The notes beneath the pieces were generated by a model. The model was not told the DNA's origin, did no database searches, and saw only the letters and a program-made list of their open reading frames with translations. Of a stretch of 64,000 bases of DNA, positions 9,105-18,341 are shown in pieces. Location: positions 5,120 to 69,119 of the forward strand of contig DAOTUO010000002.1 of NCBI GenBank assembly GCA_034436595.1, given 5' to 3'. Every line of letters starts with the position of its first letter. Within the stretch, counting starts at the first letter, position 1. The position numbers and the translations under genes were made by a program. Source of the stretch: Anaerolineae bacterium (GTDB lineage Bacteria; Chloroflexota; Anaerolineae; Aggregatilineales; Phototrophicaceae).

Positions 9105-10574
9105 TTATAACCCCAATTTTTTGCCTTCATCCCAAAATTTATCGAGTTCATCCAGCGTATAATCGGTGAAAGGCTTATGGCTCTCTGCCACCCGTTTTTC
9201 GACAAATTCAAACCGCCGATAGACTTTTTCATTGGCTTTTTTCAGGGCAGATTCGGGGTCAATTTTCATCCACCGCGCCCAATTGACCAACACAAAAAAC
9301 AAATCTCCCACCTCTTCCATCAAGTGTGCGGGGTCATTTTCGGTTTGTGCCTCTAACACCTCTGCGAGTTCTTCACGCACTTTATCCACCACGCCTTGCG
9401 GGTCTGCCCAATCAAATCCCACCCGCGCCATGCGGTCTTGATATTGCGTGGCGACCATCAACGCGGGCATCCCTTTTGGCACACCTGCCAACATGCTCTC
9501 AAACTCGGCACTCTTATCGGCTTTTTCTGAGGCTTTAATCGCCTCCCAATTGGTGACAACTTGGTCGGCATTTTCGACTGTCACTTCCCCACTCGCGGGT
9601 TTCCATACATGCGGGTGACGGCGAATCATCTTGGTGTTGATATGACGCAACACATCGGTCATATAAAATTCGCCTTCATCAATGGCAATTTGGGTATGCA
9701 AAACCACCTGCAATAACAAATCACCGAGTTCTTTGGCGAGTTCATCGGGATTATCATCTTCAATGGCTTCAATCGCCTCATACGCCTCTTCTAGCATGTA
9801 TTTAATCAGGCTGGTGTGCGTCTGCTTGATGTCCCACGGACACCCCTCTGGTGAGCGTAGATGGGCGACAATCTCTTGAAATTGCTCAAAGCTACTCATC
9901 TCCCCCATTGCGGGTAAATAGAGCGATGTCGTGTGTCCGATATGCTCACTTTGGTCAATGGCGTAGAGGAGCATTTTTTCTGCGATTTCGTCCGATGTCC
10001 CCGCCGAGTGGATGAGTGTCACCTCAAATTCATCGGGATATTGATTCATCAGCGTGAGTTTTATATCAGAGGCGACCATCTGGCTATACACCTGCCCGAT
10101 GATGGCGGGATAATCTGGGTTAATCGGCGGATGGTGCATGGCAACAAGGTCTAACCCGTCTAATAACTGAATCCCGTCTAGCGCATCGTAGCCAATCAGC
10201 CGTAACATCGGCTCGATATAGCTAATGCCACTGACAATTTCCACAGGGATATTTTCGGATTTGGCGCGTGCCATAATTTTGGCGGGTGTAGATTCTCCCA
10301 CAAACGGGTCTCCAGGGACGGCATATACCACATCGCCATTTTTTGCCTGTGTGATAAGCACCTCGACAATGCGCTCATACACCGTCTCAAAGGCATCATT
10401 GGTATTATAAATATCATCAAACGAGTGATAGGTGGGGTTTTGGGGCAAATGTGGCACACATTGGTGCAAATTTGTCCGCAGATATACGGTTTTGGCGTTC
10501 TCTAGCACGCGCCACGCCTTGCGCGATAAATCGTCAATGTCGCCCGGTCCAAGCCCGACTATGGTAATGGTCAT
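9105..10574 (-). CDS. mazG: YabN-like fusion: tetrapyrrole-methylase-like domain plus tandem MazG NTP pyrophosphohydrolase domains
   Basis: 489 aa. N-terminal ITIVGLGPGDIDDLS methylase-type motif. Two MazG EExxE/D helices (MLEEAYEAIEAIEDD, LGDLLLQVV; VREELAEVLEA, MEEVGDLFFVLVNWAR). Confidence 0.85.
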   Translation of the reverse strand: MTITIVGLGPGDIDDLSRKAWRVLENAKTVYLRTNLHQCVPHLPQNPTYHSFDDIYNTNDAFETVYERIVEVLITQAKNGDVVYAVPGDPFVGESTPAKIMARAKSENIPVEIVSGISYIEPMLRLIGYDALDGIQLLDGLDLVAMHHPPINPDYPAIIGQVYSQMVASDIKLTLMNQYPDEFEVTLIHSAGTSDEIAEKMLLYAIDQSEHIGHTTSLYLPAMGEMSSFEQFQEIVAHLRSPEGCPWDIKQTHTSLIKYMLEEAYEAIEAIEDDNPDELAKELGDLLLQVVLHTQIAIDEGEFYMTDVLRHINTKMIRRHPHVWKPASGEVTVENADQVVTNWEAIKASEKADKSAEFESMLAGVPKGMPALMVATQYQDRMARVGFDWADPQGVVDKVREELAEVLEAQTENDPAHLMEEVGDLFFVLVNWARWMKIDPESALKKANEKVYRRFEFVEKRVAESHKPFTDYTLDELDKFWDEGKKLGL

Positions 10575-10643
10575 AAATCCCTCATCATCATTTTTGGGGC
10601 ATCATCAATTGCCCTGTTACACAAACTATTTTACCCGAAAAAC

Positions 10644-10670
10644 AAAAAATCCCCGTTGTGGGGATTTTTT
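10644..10670. terminator. Bidirectional intrinsic terminator downstream of rpsI
   Basis: AAAAAATCCCC GTTGT GGGGATTTTTT, a perfect palindrome with A/T runs on both sides, 11 nt after the rpsI stop. Confidence 0.8.
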
Positions 10671-10680
10671 GAGACATACT

Positions 10681-11073
10681 CTAGCGTTTGGTATAGGTTG
10701 GGGCTTTACGCGCACGCTTGAGACCTGGTTTCTTCCGTTCTTTCTCACGCGAATCACGGGTGAGATAAGTGGCGGTACGCATACGGGGGCGCAGTTCTGG
10801 GTCAATCTTCAATAATGCCCGTGCGACACCGAGTTTAATCGCATCGCGTTGTCCGCTAATGCCACCACCATTCACATGAACGGTCATATCATAGCTACTC
10901 TCTTGCCCAATGAGGGTAAGTGGCTCGACCATGATTTCATAATCGCCCGCGCGGGGCAAATAATCACGACCATCTTTGTCGTTGATTAGCACATTGCCTG
11001 TGCCATTTGGGTACAAGCGCACACGGGCAGATGCCGATTTACGCCGTCCAATCCCTTCATAATATTGCGACAT
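10681..11073 (-). CDS. rpsI: 30S ribosomal protein S9
   Basis: 130 aa. GIGRRKSASARVRL and C-terminal KKPGLKRARKAPTYTKR. Follows rplM. Confidence 0.97.
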   Translation of the reverse strand: MSQYYEGIGRRKSASARVRLYPNGTGNVLINDKDGRDYLPRAGDYEIMVEPLTLIGQESSYDMTVHVNGGGISGQRDAIKLGVARALLKIDPELRPRMRTATYLTRDSREKERKKPGLKRARKAPTYTKR

Positions 11074-11087
11074 GGGTTATTTTCTCC

Positions 11088-11534
11088 TTAAAGTTCCAAC
11101 GTCAATGATTGCGGATTTTGTGCGGCGTGTGGATGCTCTGAACCAGCATAAATCTTCAGTTTTTTAATCATCTGACGACCCAAGCGGGTTTTTGGCAACA
11201 TGCCACGAATGGCAAACAAGAGTGGACGTTCTGGGAATTTTGCCAGTAAGTCGCGCAAATTGGTCTCTGTAAGACCACTAGGGTATTGGGAGTGGTGATA
11301 ATACATCTTGTCATCCATACGCTTGCCAGTGACATGAATCTTGGCGGCATTAATGATGACGACATAATCGCCAGTATCCAAATTTGGGGTATAAATGGCT
11401 TTGTTTTTGCCCTGCAAAACGGGAGCAATCTTAGAAGCCAAACGCCCAAGGGTTTGCCCTTCGGCATCAATTATCCACCAACGACGCTCGCGCTCGATGT
11501 CGGTGGGGGTTGTTACAAACGTCTTAATTCTCAT
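11088..11534 (-). CDS. rplM: 50S ribosomal protein L13
   Basis: 148 aa. RRWWIIDAEGQTLGRLASKIAPVLQGKNKAIYTP is a typical uL13 N-terminus. Confidence 0.97.
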   Translation of the reverse strand: MRIKTFVTTPTDIERERRWWIIDAEGQTLGRLASKIAPVLQGKNKAIYTPNLDTGDYVVIINAAKIHVTGKRMDDKMYYHHSQYPSGLTETNLRDLLAKFPERPLLFAIRGMLPKTRLGRQMIKKLKIYAGSEHPHAAQNPQSLTLEL

Positions 11535-11633
11535 AAAATCTCCTCAAGCGGGCGCAATTGCTCCGCTATCAACTCAACAATAACTTCGATTTGTGCCACC
11601 CGATAATGTGTATAAGAGGGGTTTTGCGAAGCG

Positions 11634-12392
11634 TTAGTCATTATCATCTGAATAGCGGACTTTTTCAAGCACTAATCCATGTGATGGGGCAATCTGCTTA
11701 ATTTTATCCAGCGCACCATCAACAAAAATTTGCCTAAATTGGGAGATAGATAGCATCCCCCGCCCCACCGACACTTGCGCCCCCACCATCCGCCGTACCA
11801 TGTGATATAAAAAGGCGTTGGCTTCTACGGTATAACGCACAATCGCCCCATCATCGGTTGGTGTGGATGTCCATGCAGACACAAATACCTCGCGGATGGT
11901 GCTATCGCCTCCCTGCGGGTCTTGACCAAATGCCCTAAAATCATGCACACCGATGAGCATCTGGCTCACCGTTTGCATCGGCTTTAGTGACAAATCCCCG
12001 CGCACATGCCATGCCGAATGACGATACAACGGATGGCGATAGGGTGTGTTGAGTACCGTATAAACATATTGACGGGAACGCGCATCATAACGCGGATGAA
12101 ATCCGTCATGCAGGCACATATCGCGCAAGGCAATATCATCGGGCAAATTGGCATTGATAGCGCGGAGTAAGGCTTCATCGGTATGCTTCCAATCCACATC
12201 AAAAGCGATGACCTGTCCAGTGGCATGGACACCCGTATCGGTACGACCCGCGCCTAAAACAGTCACAGATTGACCTGTCACTTGGTGAACAGCCGTCTCG
12301 ACCATCAATTGGATTGTGGGTAAACTGAGTTGACGCTGAAAGCCCATATAGGCTGTGCCGTCATAGATGAGGGTGGCGCGATAACGAGGCAT
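11634..12392 (-). CDS. truA: tRNA pseudouridine(38-40) synthase TruA
   Basis: 252 aa. LIYDGTAYMGFQRQ and GAGRTDTGVHATGQV (catalytic Asp motif). Confidence 0.95.
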   Translation of the reverse strand: MPRYRATLIYDGTAYMGFQRQLSLPTIQLMVETAVHQVTGQSVTVLGAGRTDTGVHATGQVIAFDVDWKHTDEALLRAINANLPDDIALRDMCLHDGFHPRYDARSRQYVYTVLNTPYRHPLYRHSAWHVRGDLSLKPMQTVSQMLIGVHDFRAFGQDPQGGDSTIREVFVSAWTSTPTDDGAIVRYTVEANAFLYHMVRRMVGAQVSVGRGMLSISQFRQIFVDGALDKIKQIAPSHGLVLEKVRYSDDND

Positions 12393-12445
12393 AAGGATGA
12401 ATCAGATGGGTGTATGGACATAATTTATCCATACACCCGCTCAAA

Positions 12446-12844
12446 TTATTCGCGTTCTGTCAGTTCAATGAGAACCATAGGGGCATTATCGCCCTTGCGG
12501 GGTCCCAATTTGTAAATGCGGGTATACCCACCTTCACGATTGGCAAAGCGAGGGGCAATTTCATCGAACAATTTCTTCACCAAGTCGCGGTCATTGCCCA
12601 AACGACTGGCGGCGATACGGCGGGCATGAACACCCACTGTTGGGTCATTCGATTCTTCTGCTTTTTTGAGTCCACGTTTAGCGATGGTAATCATGCGTTC
12701 AATACTACGACGCGCAAAAACGGCTTTGGCGTGGGTGGTCTCAATGCGACCATGTTCCAAAATTTCACGGGTGAGGTTCATCCGCAAGGCTTTACGATGT
12801 GCGCTGTCGCGGCTTAATTTCTTGCCATATACATTATGTCTCAT
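12446..12844 (-). CDS. rplQ: 50S ribosomal protein L17
   Basis: 132 aa. MRHNVYGKKLSRDSAHRKALRMNL is a bL17 N-terminus. Confidence 0.97.
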   Translation of the reverse strand: MRHNVYGKKLSRDSAHRKALRMNLTREILEHGRIETTHAKAVFARRSIERMITIAKRGLKKAEESNDPTVGVHARRIAASRLGNDRDLVKKLFDEIAPRFANREGGYTRIYKLGPRKGDNAPMVLIELTERE

Positions 12845-12885
12845 GAGTTCCTCTGGGTAATAACCCTACTGATTAAAATCTGGAA

Positions 12886-12909
12886 CATGATAGGTCATGT
12901 CCTATCATG
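12886..12909 (-). other. 9-bp perfect hairpin in the rpoA-rplQ spacer
   Basis: CATGATAGG (12886-12894), loop TCATGT, CCTATCATG (12901-12909). No clean T-tract follows on the minus strand. Confidence 0.5.
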
Positions 12910-12925
12910 CCCAGTTGCGGTTTAG

Positions 12926-13894
12926 CTAGGTATTATCTGCGCCACTATCCACAGGCATATAGCCTTTTTCGCGCAGTTTATCCACCAATTCATCTAACGA
13001 TTTCTCGCCAAAATTACGGATGGCGAGCATGGCATCTGAGCCACGTTCCAACATATCTAGAACGTCTCCGATGGTGGTAATGCCGGTGCGTTTGAGCGAA
13101 TTAAACACGCGCACGCTCAAATCGAGTTCTTCTATCAGTTTGTTATCAAATGGACGGGGACGGTCTGGCACATCGGCTTCGATGGTGTCCATTTCAATCC
13201 CAAAATCGCCCAATCCGCCTTGGTCAAAAATGCCACTGATGATACGCAAGTGACGGATGAGGATATTTCCCGCTTGTGCGAGTGCTTCCTCTGGGCGCAC
13301 AGTGCCATCTGTCCAAATTTCTAGCACCAATTTGTCATAATTGGTGCGTTGCCCAACACGGGCGCGTTCCACCTCAAAATTGACACGCTTCACAGGGCTA
13401 AAAATGGCATCTACGGGCAATTCACCAATGGGCAAGCGTCCGCGGTCTTCTGCGGGGCTATAACCACGTCCCAAGCGCACCTCAAATTCCATCTCGATGT
13501 GTGCATGGGGTGAATCTACGGTGAACAGATATAAGTCGGTGTTTTCGATTTGGACTTCTGACGGGCAGAGAATATCTGCCGCCGTGACTGTCCCTTCGCC
13601 ACGATGTTGCAATTTAAGACGCGATTGCTCACCCTCTAATAGCTTAAGGCGCAATTGCTTAACTTGCAAAATAAGCTGGGTCATGTCCTCACGCACATCG
13701 GGGATGGCAGAAAATTCATGATGCACATCCGAGACACGGATACTGGTAACAGCCGACCCGGGTAGGGACGACAGCAACACACGCCGTAGGGCATTCCCTA
13801 ATGTCAAGCCGAAACCACTTTCGAGTGGACCAAAGACAAAGCGCCCATAATTGCGCGTAATGGCATCTGTTTCGACTTTGTGCGGTAAAACCAT
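12926..13894 (-). CDS. rpoA: DNA-directed RNA polymerase subunit alpha
   Basis: LGNALRRVLLSSLPG in the N-terminal domain; ELDLSVRVFNSLKRTGITTIGDV in the C-terminal domain. The ORF track starts at TTG 13909; ATG at 13894 (MVLPHKVE) is preferred, so the start is uncertain by 5 codons. Confidence 0.95.
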   Translation of the reverse strand: MVLPHKVETDAITRNYGRFVFGPLESGFGLTLGNALRRVLLSSLPGSAVTSIRVSDVHHEFSAIPDVREDMTQLILQVKQLRLKLLEGEQSRLKLQHRGEGTVTAADILCPSEVQIENTDLYLFTVDSPHAHIEMEFEVRLGRGYSPAEDRGRLPIGELPVDAIFSPVKRVNFEVERARVGQRTNYDKLVLEIWTDGTVRPEEALAQAGNILIRHLRIISGIFDQGGLGDFGIEMDTIEADVPDRPRPFDNKLIEELDLSVRVFNSLKRTGITTIGDVLDMLERGSDAMLAIRNFGEKSLDELVDKLREKGYMPVDSGADNT

Positions 13895-13956
13895 ATTATT
13901 TGTGACCAAATGACTACCCTCTGGCTTCTTGCCAACTAACGACCCAACGATAACGA

Positions 13957-14364
13957 TTAAACACGACGTTTCTTGGGGGCGCGAACACCGTTGTGGGGAA
14001 TTGGGGTCACATCGGTGATGGAACGCACCTTCATACCACTACCTTGAACGGCGCGGATTGCGGCTTCACGTCCAGGTCCTGGACCTTTAACAAACACATC
14101 AACTTCTTTCATGCCGTGTGTTTGTGCGACTTCAGAGGCGGTTTGTGCCGCCATACGTGCGGCATAAGGGGTGCTTTTGCGGCTACCCTTAAACCCACTT
14201 GTCCCCGCGCTAGACCACGACACCACATTGCCAGATTGGTCTGTGAGCGATACGATGGTATTGTTGAAGGTGGCGTAGATATGCGCCTGCCCATAGGGGA
14301 TATTCTTTAAGACTTTTTTGGCGGCGCGACGCGCCGAACCTTGTGTAGCTTTCCCTTTTGCCAT
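13957..14364 (-). CDS. rpsK: 30S ribosomal protein S11
   Basis: ORF-track ORF 13957..14655 trimmed to ATG 14364 ([38 protein letters not shown]). AAGGAG 6 nt upstream. The discarded 97 codons overlap rpsM. Confidence 0.95.
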   Translation of the reverse strand: MAKGKATQGSARRAAKKVLKNIPYGQAHIYATFNNTIVSLTDQSGNVVSWSSAGTSGFKGSRKSTPYAARMAAQTASEVAQTHGMKEVDVFVKGPGPGREAAIRAVQGSGMKVRSITDVTPIPHNGVRAPKKRRV

Positions 14365-14469
14365 AAAGGACTCCTTATATACTTTGGCTATACAGTTAAG
14401 AACGCCCGCGTCACAAATTGGGCGCAAGGCGCTCTTGAGATGATCGTTTTTTATAACAAAAACCATTGC

Positions 14470-14502
14470 CATAGCAGAAAAAGGTTGCCCTTCCCTGCTA
14501 TG
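14470..14502 (-). other. Hairpin with GNRA loop followed by a U-rich tract in the rpsM-rpsK spacer (possible internal attenuator or processing site)
   Basis: Minus strand reads CATAGCAG-G-GAAGG-GCAA-CCTTT-TT-CTGCTATG, then GCAATGGTTTTTGTT. Starts 14 nt after the rpsM stop. Confidence 0.45.
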
Positions 14503-14515
14503 ACCCACCCAAAGA

Positions 14516-14902
14516 TTATTTCTTGGTTGCGCCTCTACGACGACCACGCCCTGGGACTGTCTTTTTAACACCGCGTTTGGTACGTGCGTTAGTACGGGTA
14601 CGTTGACCACGCACAGGCAAATTACGGCGATGACGCATTCCACGATACGACCCAATTTCTTGAAGGCGCTTGATATTGAGTTGCACCTGACGGCGCAAAT
14701 CGCCTTCGGTGGTCAATTTGCCAATTTCCTCACGCAATGATTGCACTTGGGCTTCGGTCAAATCTTGCACACGGACGTTGGGGTCAATCCCAACCGTTGC
14801 CAACAATTTTTGGCTGGTGGTCTTGCCAATACCGTAAATATACGTCAAACCAATTTCAACACGTTTGTTACGCGGCAGGTCTACACCTTCAATACGAGCC
14901 AT
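14516..14902 (-). CDS. rpsM: 30S ribosomal protein S13
   Basis: 128 aa. [26 protein letters not shown]. Confidence 0.97.
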   Translation of the reverse strand: MARIEGVDLPRNKRVEIGLTYIYGIGKTTSQKLLATVGIDPNVRVQDLTEAQVQSLREEIGKLTTEGDLRRQVQLNIKRLQEIGSYRGMRHRRNLPVRGQRTRTNARTKRGVKKTVPGRGRRRGATKK

Positions 14903-14935
14903 GCTTAATTTCTCCTAAAAAAATGTCCCTGCGAA

Positions 14936-15049
14936 TTATCCCTGGCGTTGTTTGTGCTTGGGATTTGAACAAATAATCATGACGCGCCCTTTGCGTTTAA
15001 TGACGCGACACTTGGGGCAACGCACTTTAATAGATGTTGAGACTTTCAT
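14936..15049 (-). CDS. rpmJ: 50S ribosomal protein L36 (zinc-binding C-x2-C...C-x4-H form)
   Basis: Below the ORF-track size cutoff; hand translation gives [37 protein letters not shown] then stop. Canonical position upstream of rpsM. Confidence 0.92.
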   Translation of the reverse strand: MKVSTSIKVRCPKCRVIKRKGRVMIICSNPKHKQRQG

Positions 15050-15089
15050 CAGATATTATTCCCTGTGATTATCAAACATAAGGACGAAA

Positions 15090-15118
15090 ACGATAGCATA
15101 AAACGCGCAAAATTTCAA
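15090..15118 (-). promoter_or_regulatory. Candidate internal promoter ahead of rpmJ (alpha block)
   Basis: Minus strand: TTGAAA (15118-15113), 17-nt spacer ending TGC, TATCGT (15095-15090). This is an extended -10 context. Confidence 0.35.
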
Positions 15119-15217
15119 CTGCCAACCTACATACCACTTCTTTTGTATGGGGGGTTAATGGCAGTCATCCCACATCTATCGCTAGATTATAGAGATATGC
15201 CAATCACCATCATACTC

Positions 15218-16099
15218 TTATAGTAAGGTTAGTACAATGGGGTCGCCGTCTGTAATGGCGATTGTATGCTCAAAATGAGCGCATAACGAGCCATCGCTGG
15301 TGACGACTGTCCAACCATCAGACAGTTCTTTCAATTTTTCGCGTCCTGCAATCACCATCGGCTCTATGGCATAAGTCATGCCGGCTGCCAACGGTGGATT
15401 ATAGGCAAGTAGTCGTTGCACCTTCTTGGGGTTACTATGCCACCAATTCGGTACTTGTGGTTCTTCGTGCAATTTACGCCCTACCCCATGCCCTGTATAA
15501 TCCCGCGCAACCGTATAACCATGTTGCTCGGCATAGTTTTGGGTGGCGCGGGCGACATCGCTCACGCTGTTGGGGATATGCGATGCCTCAATTGCCGCCC
15601 AGAGTGATGCTTCTGATACATCTAACAGGCGTTGCACGGCGGTTGGAATCTCGCCAATTGCCCATGTCCACGCCGAATCACCAATAAATCCCTGATAAAT
15701 ACATGCTGTGTCGAGGCTAATAATATCGCCCTCTTTAAGCAAGCGTGTTTTTGACGGAATGCCATGCACCAATTCATGATTGATGCTGGCGGTGATGGTC
15801 GCAGGAAATGGCGGGTTGCTATTATTGCCACCCCGATAATTGAGAAATGCTGGAACTGCCCCATGGTCACGAATAACGGTCTCTGCGATGTTATCCAGTT
15901 CCCATGTGCTAATACCCGGACGGAGCGCATCTTTCATCGCCGCATGAGCGCGTGCCACAATTCGCCCAGACTCACGCATGATGGCGATTTCGTCTGGTGT
16001 TTTGAGAATTACACCGTCTGGCTCTTGCTTGGGCTTTGGAGCCGGCTTTGGCATGGGCGGACGGGCAATTGGCTTGATATACGATTTATTGCGTGACAT
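15218..16099 (-). CDS. map: Methionine aminopeptidase type I with Pro/Lys-rich N-terminal extension
   Basis: LVHGIPS, GDIISLD, YTGHGVG and FEHTIAIT metal-site motifs. About 40-aa N-terminal extension PIARPPMPKPAPKPKQEP. Confidence 0.93.
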   Translation of the reverse strand: MSRNKSYIKPIARPPMPKPAPKPKQEPDGVILKTPDEIAIMRESGRIVARAHAAMKDALRPGISTWELDNIAETVIRDHGAVPAFLNYRGGNNSNPPFPATITASINHELVHGIPSKTRLLKEGDIISLDTACIYQGFIGDSAWTWAIGEIPTAVQRLLDVSEASLWAAIEASHIPNSVSDVARATQNYAEQHGYTVARDYTGHGVGRKLHEEPQVPNWWHSNPKKVQRLLAYNPPLAAGMTYAIEPMVIAGREKLKELSDGWTVVTSDGSLCAHFEHTIAITDGDPIVLTLL

Positions 16100-16118
16100 G
16101 ATACAACGTTCTTTCTAC

Positions 16119-16808
16119 TCATCCCAACAGGGATTTTATCTGCTGGCTAACGGTCTCAATTGACAAGGTGGCATCAATGCGTTGCACCAACCCTTTTTGG
16201 CTATAATAGTTGATGAGGGGCATGGTCTGCTCCAAAAAGGTGTCTATGCGTTTGATGACATAACTGGCATCATCATCGGCACGACGTGCCAATTTTTGCC
16301 CATTGAGTGAGGCTTCTAGGCGTGGCGGAAAGGCTTTTTCTGGATGTTCCACAAATTGCCACTGAATATCGCCTGCATTGGAATAAATGTTATAAGCAAC
16401 GCCTGTATGAGCATCAGTCACCCGTCCGTATGCCCGTTTGAAAGCGGTATACGAATCGAGTTCCAAAAGTAACACCCGTTTTATCACACTACCCTTTTGG
16501 GCAAGATGAGCATCGAGCCATTCTGCCTGATGAATCGTGCGTGGAAAGCCATCAAAGATGACCCCTTTTTGAGCATCATCAGCCAAAAGACGTTCTGCGA
16601 CCATTTTTTCGGTGGTCTCGTTGTCTATCAATGCTCCGCTATTCATGAGGTTTTGGATTTGCACCGCAAAATCATCGGTGCGGGTTTTCATAGCGCGGAA
16701 TAAATCCCCGGTCGAAATTTGAGGAATCCCAAATTCGCGTTGGATAAACTGGGCTTGTGTGCCTTTGCCTGCGCCTTGCACACCCATGATAATCACATAA
16801 AGGCTCAT
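16119..16808 (-). CDS. adk: Adenylate kinase (long, Cys-less lid)
   Basis: P-loop GVQGAGKGTQA, DGFPRT, RADD at the lid end. Position between secY and map. Confidence 0.93.
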   Translation of the reverse strand: MSLYVIIMGVQGAGKGTQAQFIQREFGIPQISTGDLFRAMKTRTDDFAVQIQNLMNSGALIDNETTEKMVAERLLADDAQKGVIFDGFPRTIHQAEWLDAHLAQKGSVIKRVLLLELDSYTAFKRAYGRVTDAHTGVAYNIYSNAGDIQWQFVEHPEKAFPPRLEASLNGQKLARRADDDASYVIKRIDTFLEQTMPLINYYSQKGLVQRIDATLSIETVSQQIKSLLG

Positions 16809-16886
16809 GAGAATATCCTTTCCAAAAATTCGATGTTGAATATTGATAAAAATCGGACGAGGTCTCCCCCCGCCCGCCGAACATGC

Positions 16887-18224
16887 TTAGCGCATAAAGC
16901 CTTCGTAATTCCGCATAACCAGTTGGGCTTCCAATTGGCGTAAAAAGTCAATAACTACACCGACCACAATGATAATCGCAGCCCCGGCAAGCACGTTGGC
17001 GGCGTTATTGCCTGTCGCCACAGCTTCGCCAGGGAATAGGAAGGTATTGAGTAAATCCACCAAACCAGGGGTGATAGCAATCACACCCAAGAAAACCGCG
17101 CCCACAAGGGTGATGCGTCTGGTCACGCGCAGAATATACTCTTCTGTACGCTTACCGGGACGAATACCGGGGATAAACCCACCCTGCCGTTGCAAATTAT
17201 CTGCCAATTTTTGGTTGGTAATCATCACTTCTGAATAGAAGAAGGTAAAGGCAACTGTGAGGAAGAAGAACAATCCCCAGTAGATTAGCCCTTGCTGATT
17301 GCCAAACGAGGTGGTGATGCTGGTCTTAAACGGACCATCAGGGAAGAATGCCACGATAACCGTTGGGAATGTGATGATGGCTTGTGAGAAGATGAGGGGA
17401 ATCATCCCGACAGGGTTCACGCGCATCGGCACATGGGTGGCTGTTCCGCCATATTGCTTGCGTCCGCGCACCCGCTTGCCATATTGCACAGGGATACGCC
17501 GTACACCCTCTTGGACATAAATGCACACCACAATACTGACTAGCACAATAATGATAAACAGTACAACATCCCAAATGGGGTGCAACGATGTGCCAATCAG
17601 GTTAAAGAAGCTACTTGGGGCGCGTGCGACAATGCCCGCAAAGATGATAATCGAAATACCGTTGCCAATCCCTTGTTCGGTAATCAGTTCACCAAGCCAC
17701 ACAGCAAACATTGTACCTGCGGTCATGGTTATCAATACCGAGATAGTCACCAAGAAATTTATCCCAAACTGCGGAATAATTTCGGTGGCTTGAGCATTGG
17801 ATTGTAGCAAAAGCGTGTTAAAGATTTGGATTTGGCTATACGATTGCAAAAGTGCCATAGGGATGGTGGCATAATATGTCCAGCGTTGGATTTTTTCTTG
17901 ACCACCGGGTTCTTTTTGAACTTCTTGCAAACGTGGGACAATTGGAATTAGGAGTTGAAAGATAATGGATGCCGTGATGTATGGGTAAACCCCATTGGCA
18001 ATCACACTAAAATTTGCCACCGCCCCACCCGATAACAGGTTCAACACATTAATCAGACCTGCACCCGCATTGGTTGGGCTGAGGAGTTCACGCAAAGCAT
18101 TGCGGTCTACCCCCACCACTGGCACATGGGTTGCAAATTGATAAATGATGAGGATAAGCCCTGTAATGAGCAGTTTATTGCGGACATCTGGCAAGCGCCA
18201 TGCGTTCCGTAATGCCTCTAACAT
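16887..18224 (-). CDS. secY: Preprotein translocase subunit SecY
   Basis: 445 aa with about 10 hydrophobic segments. Canonical location after rplO. Confidence 0.95.
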   Translation of the reverse strand: MLEALRNAWRLPDVRNKLLITGLILIIYQFATHVPVVGVDRNALRELLSPTNAGAGLINVLNLLSGGAVANFSVIANGVYPYITASIIFQLLIPIVPRLQEVQKEPGGQEKIQRWTYYATIPMALLQSYSQIQIFNTLLLQSNAQATEIIPQFGINFLVTISVLITMTAGTMFAVWLGELITEQGIGNGISIIIFAGIVARAPSSFFNLIGTSLHPIWDVVLFIIIVLVSIVVCIYVQEGVRRIPVQYGKRVRGRKQYGGTATHVPMRVNPVGMIPLIFSQAIITFPTVIVAFFPDGPFKTSITTSFGNQQGLIYWGLFFFLTVAFTFFYSEVMITNQKLADNLQRQGGFIPGIRPGKRTEEYILRVTRRITLVGAVFLGVIAITPGLVDLLNTFLFPGEAVATGNNAANVLAGAAIIIVVGVVIDFLRQLEAQLVMRNYEGFMR

Positions 18225-18260
18225 AAAAATGCCTCCATAACATCGTGTCTAAAACGTGCA

Positions 18261-18290
18261 TAGGGACATGGTAAAACTACCGTGTCCCTA
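18261..18290 (-). repeat. TAGGGACA...TGTCCCTA palindromic hairpin in the rplO-secY spacer (member of the GTCCCTAC motif family)
   Basis: TAGGGACA (18261-18268) pairs with TGTCCCTA (18283-18290). The stem is extendable through ATGG/CCGT. Confidence 0.5.
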
Positions 18291-18341
18291 CCCTTGTTAG
18301 TTATCAAAGACTCATTCGTCTTTCAAAATCCGCACTCCGCA

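Noticed and set aside
13957-14655. 232-aa ORF in the track that extends S11 by 97 N-terminal residues
   Set aside because: The extension overlaps the 3' end of rpsM in another frame, has no S11 counterpart, and reads as low-complexity hydrophobic sequence. A strong AAGGAG sits before the internal ATG at 14364, so only 13957-14364 is called.
14955-14975. GGGATTTGAAC, resembling a tRNA T-arm on the minus strand
   Set aside because: It lies inside the hand-verified rpmJ coding sequence (codes for CSNPK). No acceptor or anticodon stems can be built around it.
15050-15217. Expected infA (IF-1) gene between map and rpmJ
   Set aside because: The spacer is only 168 nt, while infA needs about 220 nt, and no frame gives an IF-1-like peptide. 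It is recorded as an absence, not a feature.
16119-16808. Adenylate kinase lid lacking the four Cys and carrying a ~10-aa insertion
   Set aside because: Cys-less lids are common among adenylate kinases. The insertion length cannot be judged reliably without an alignment.
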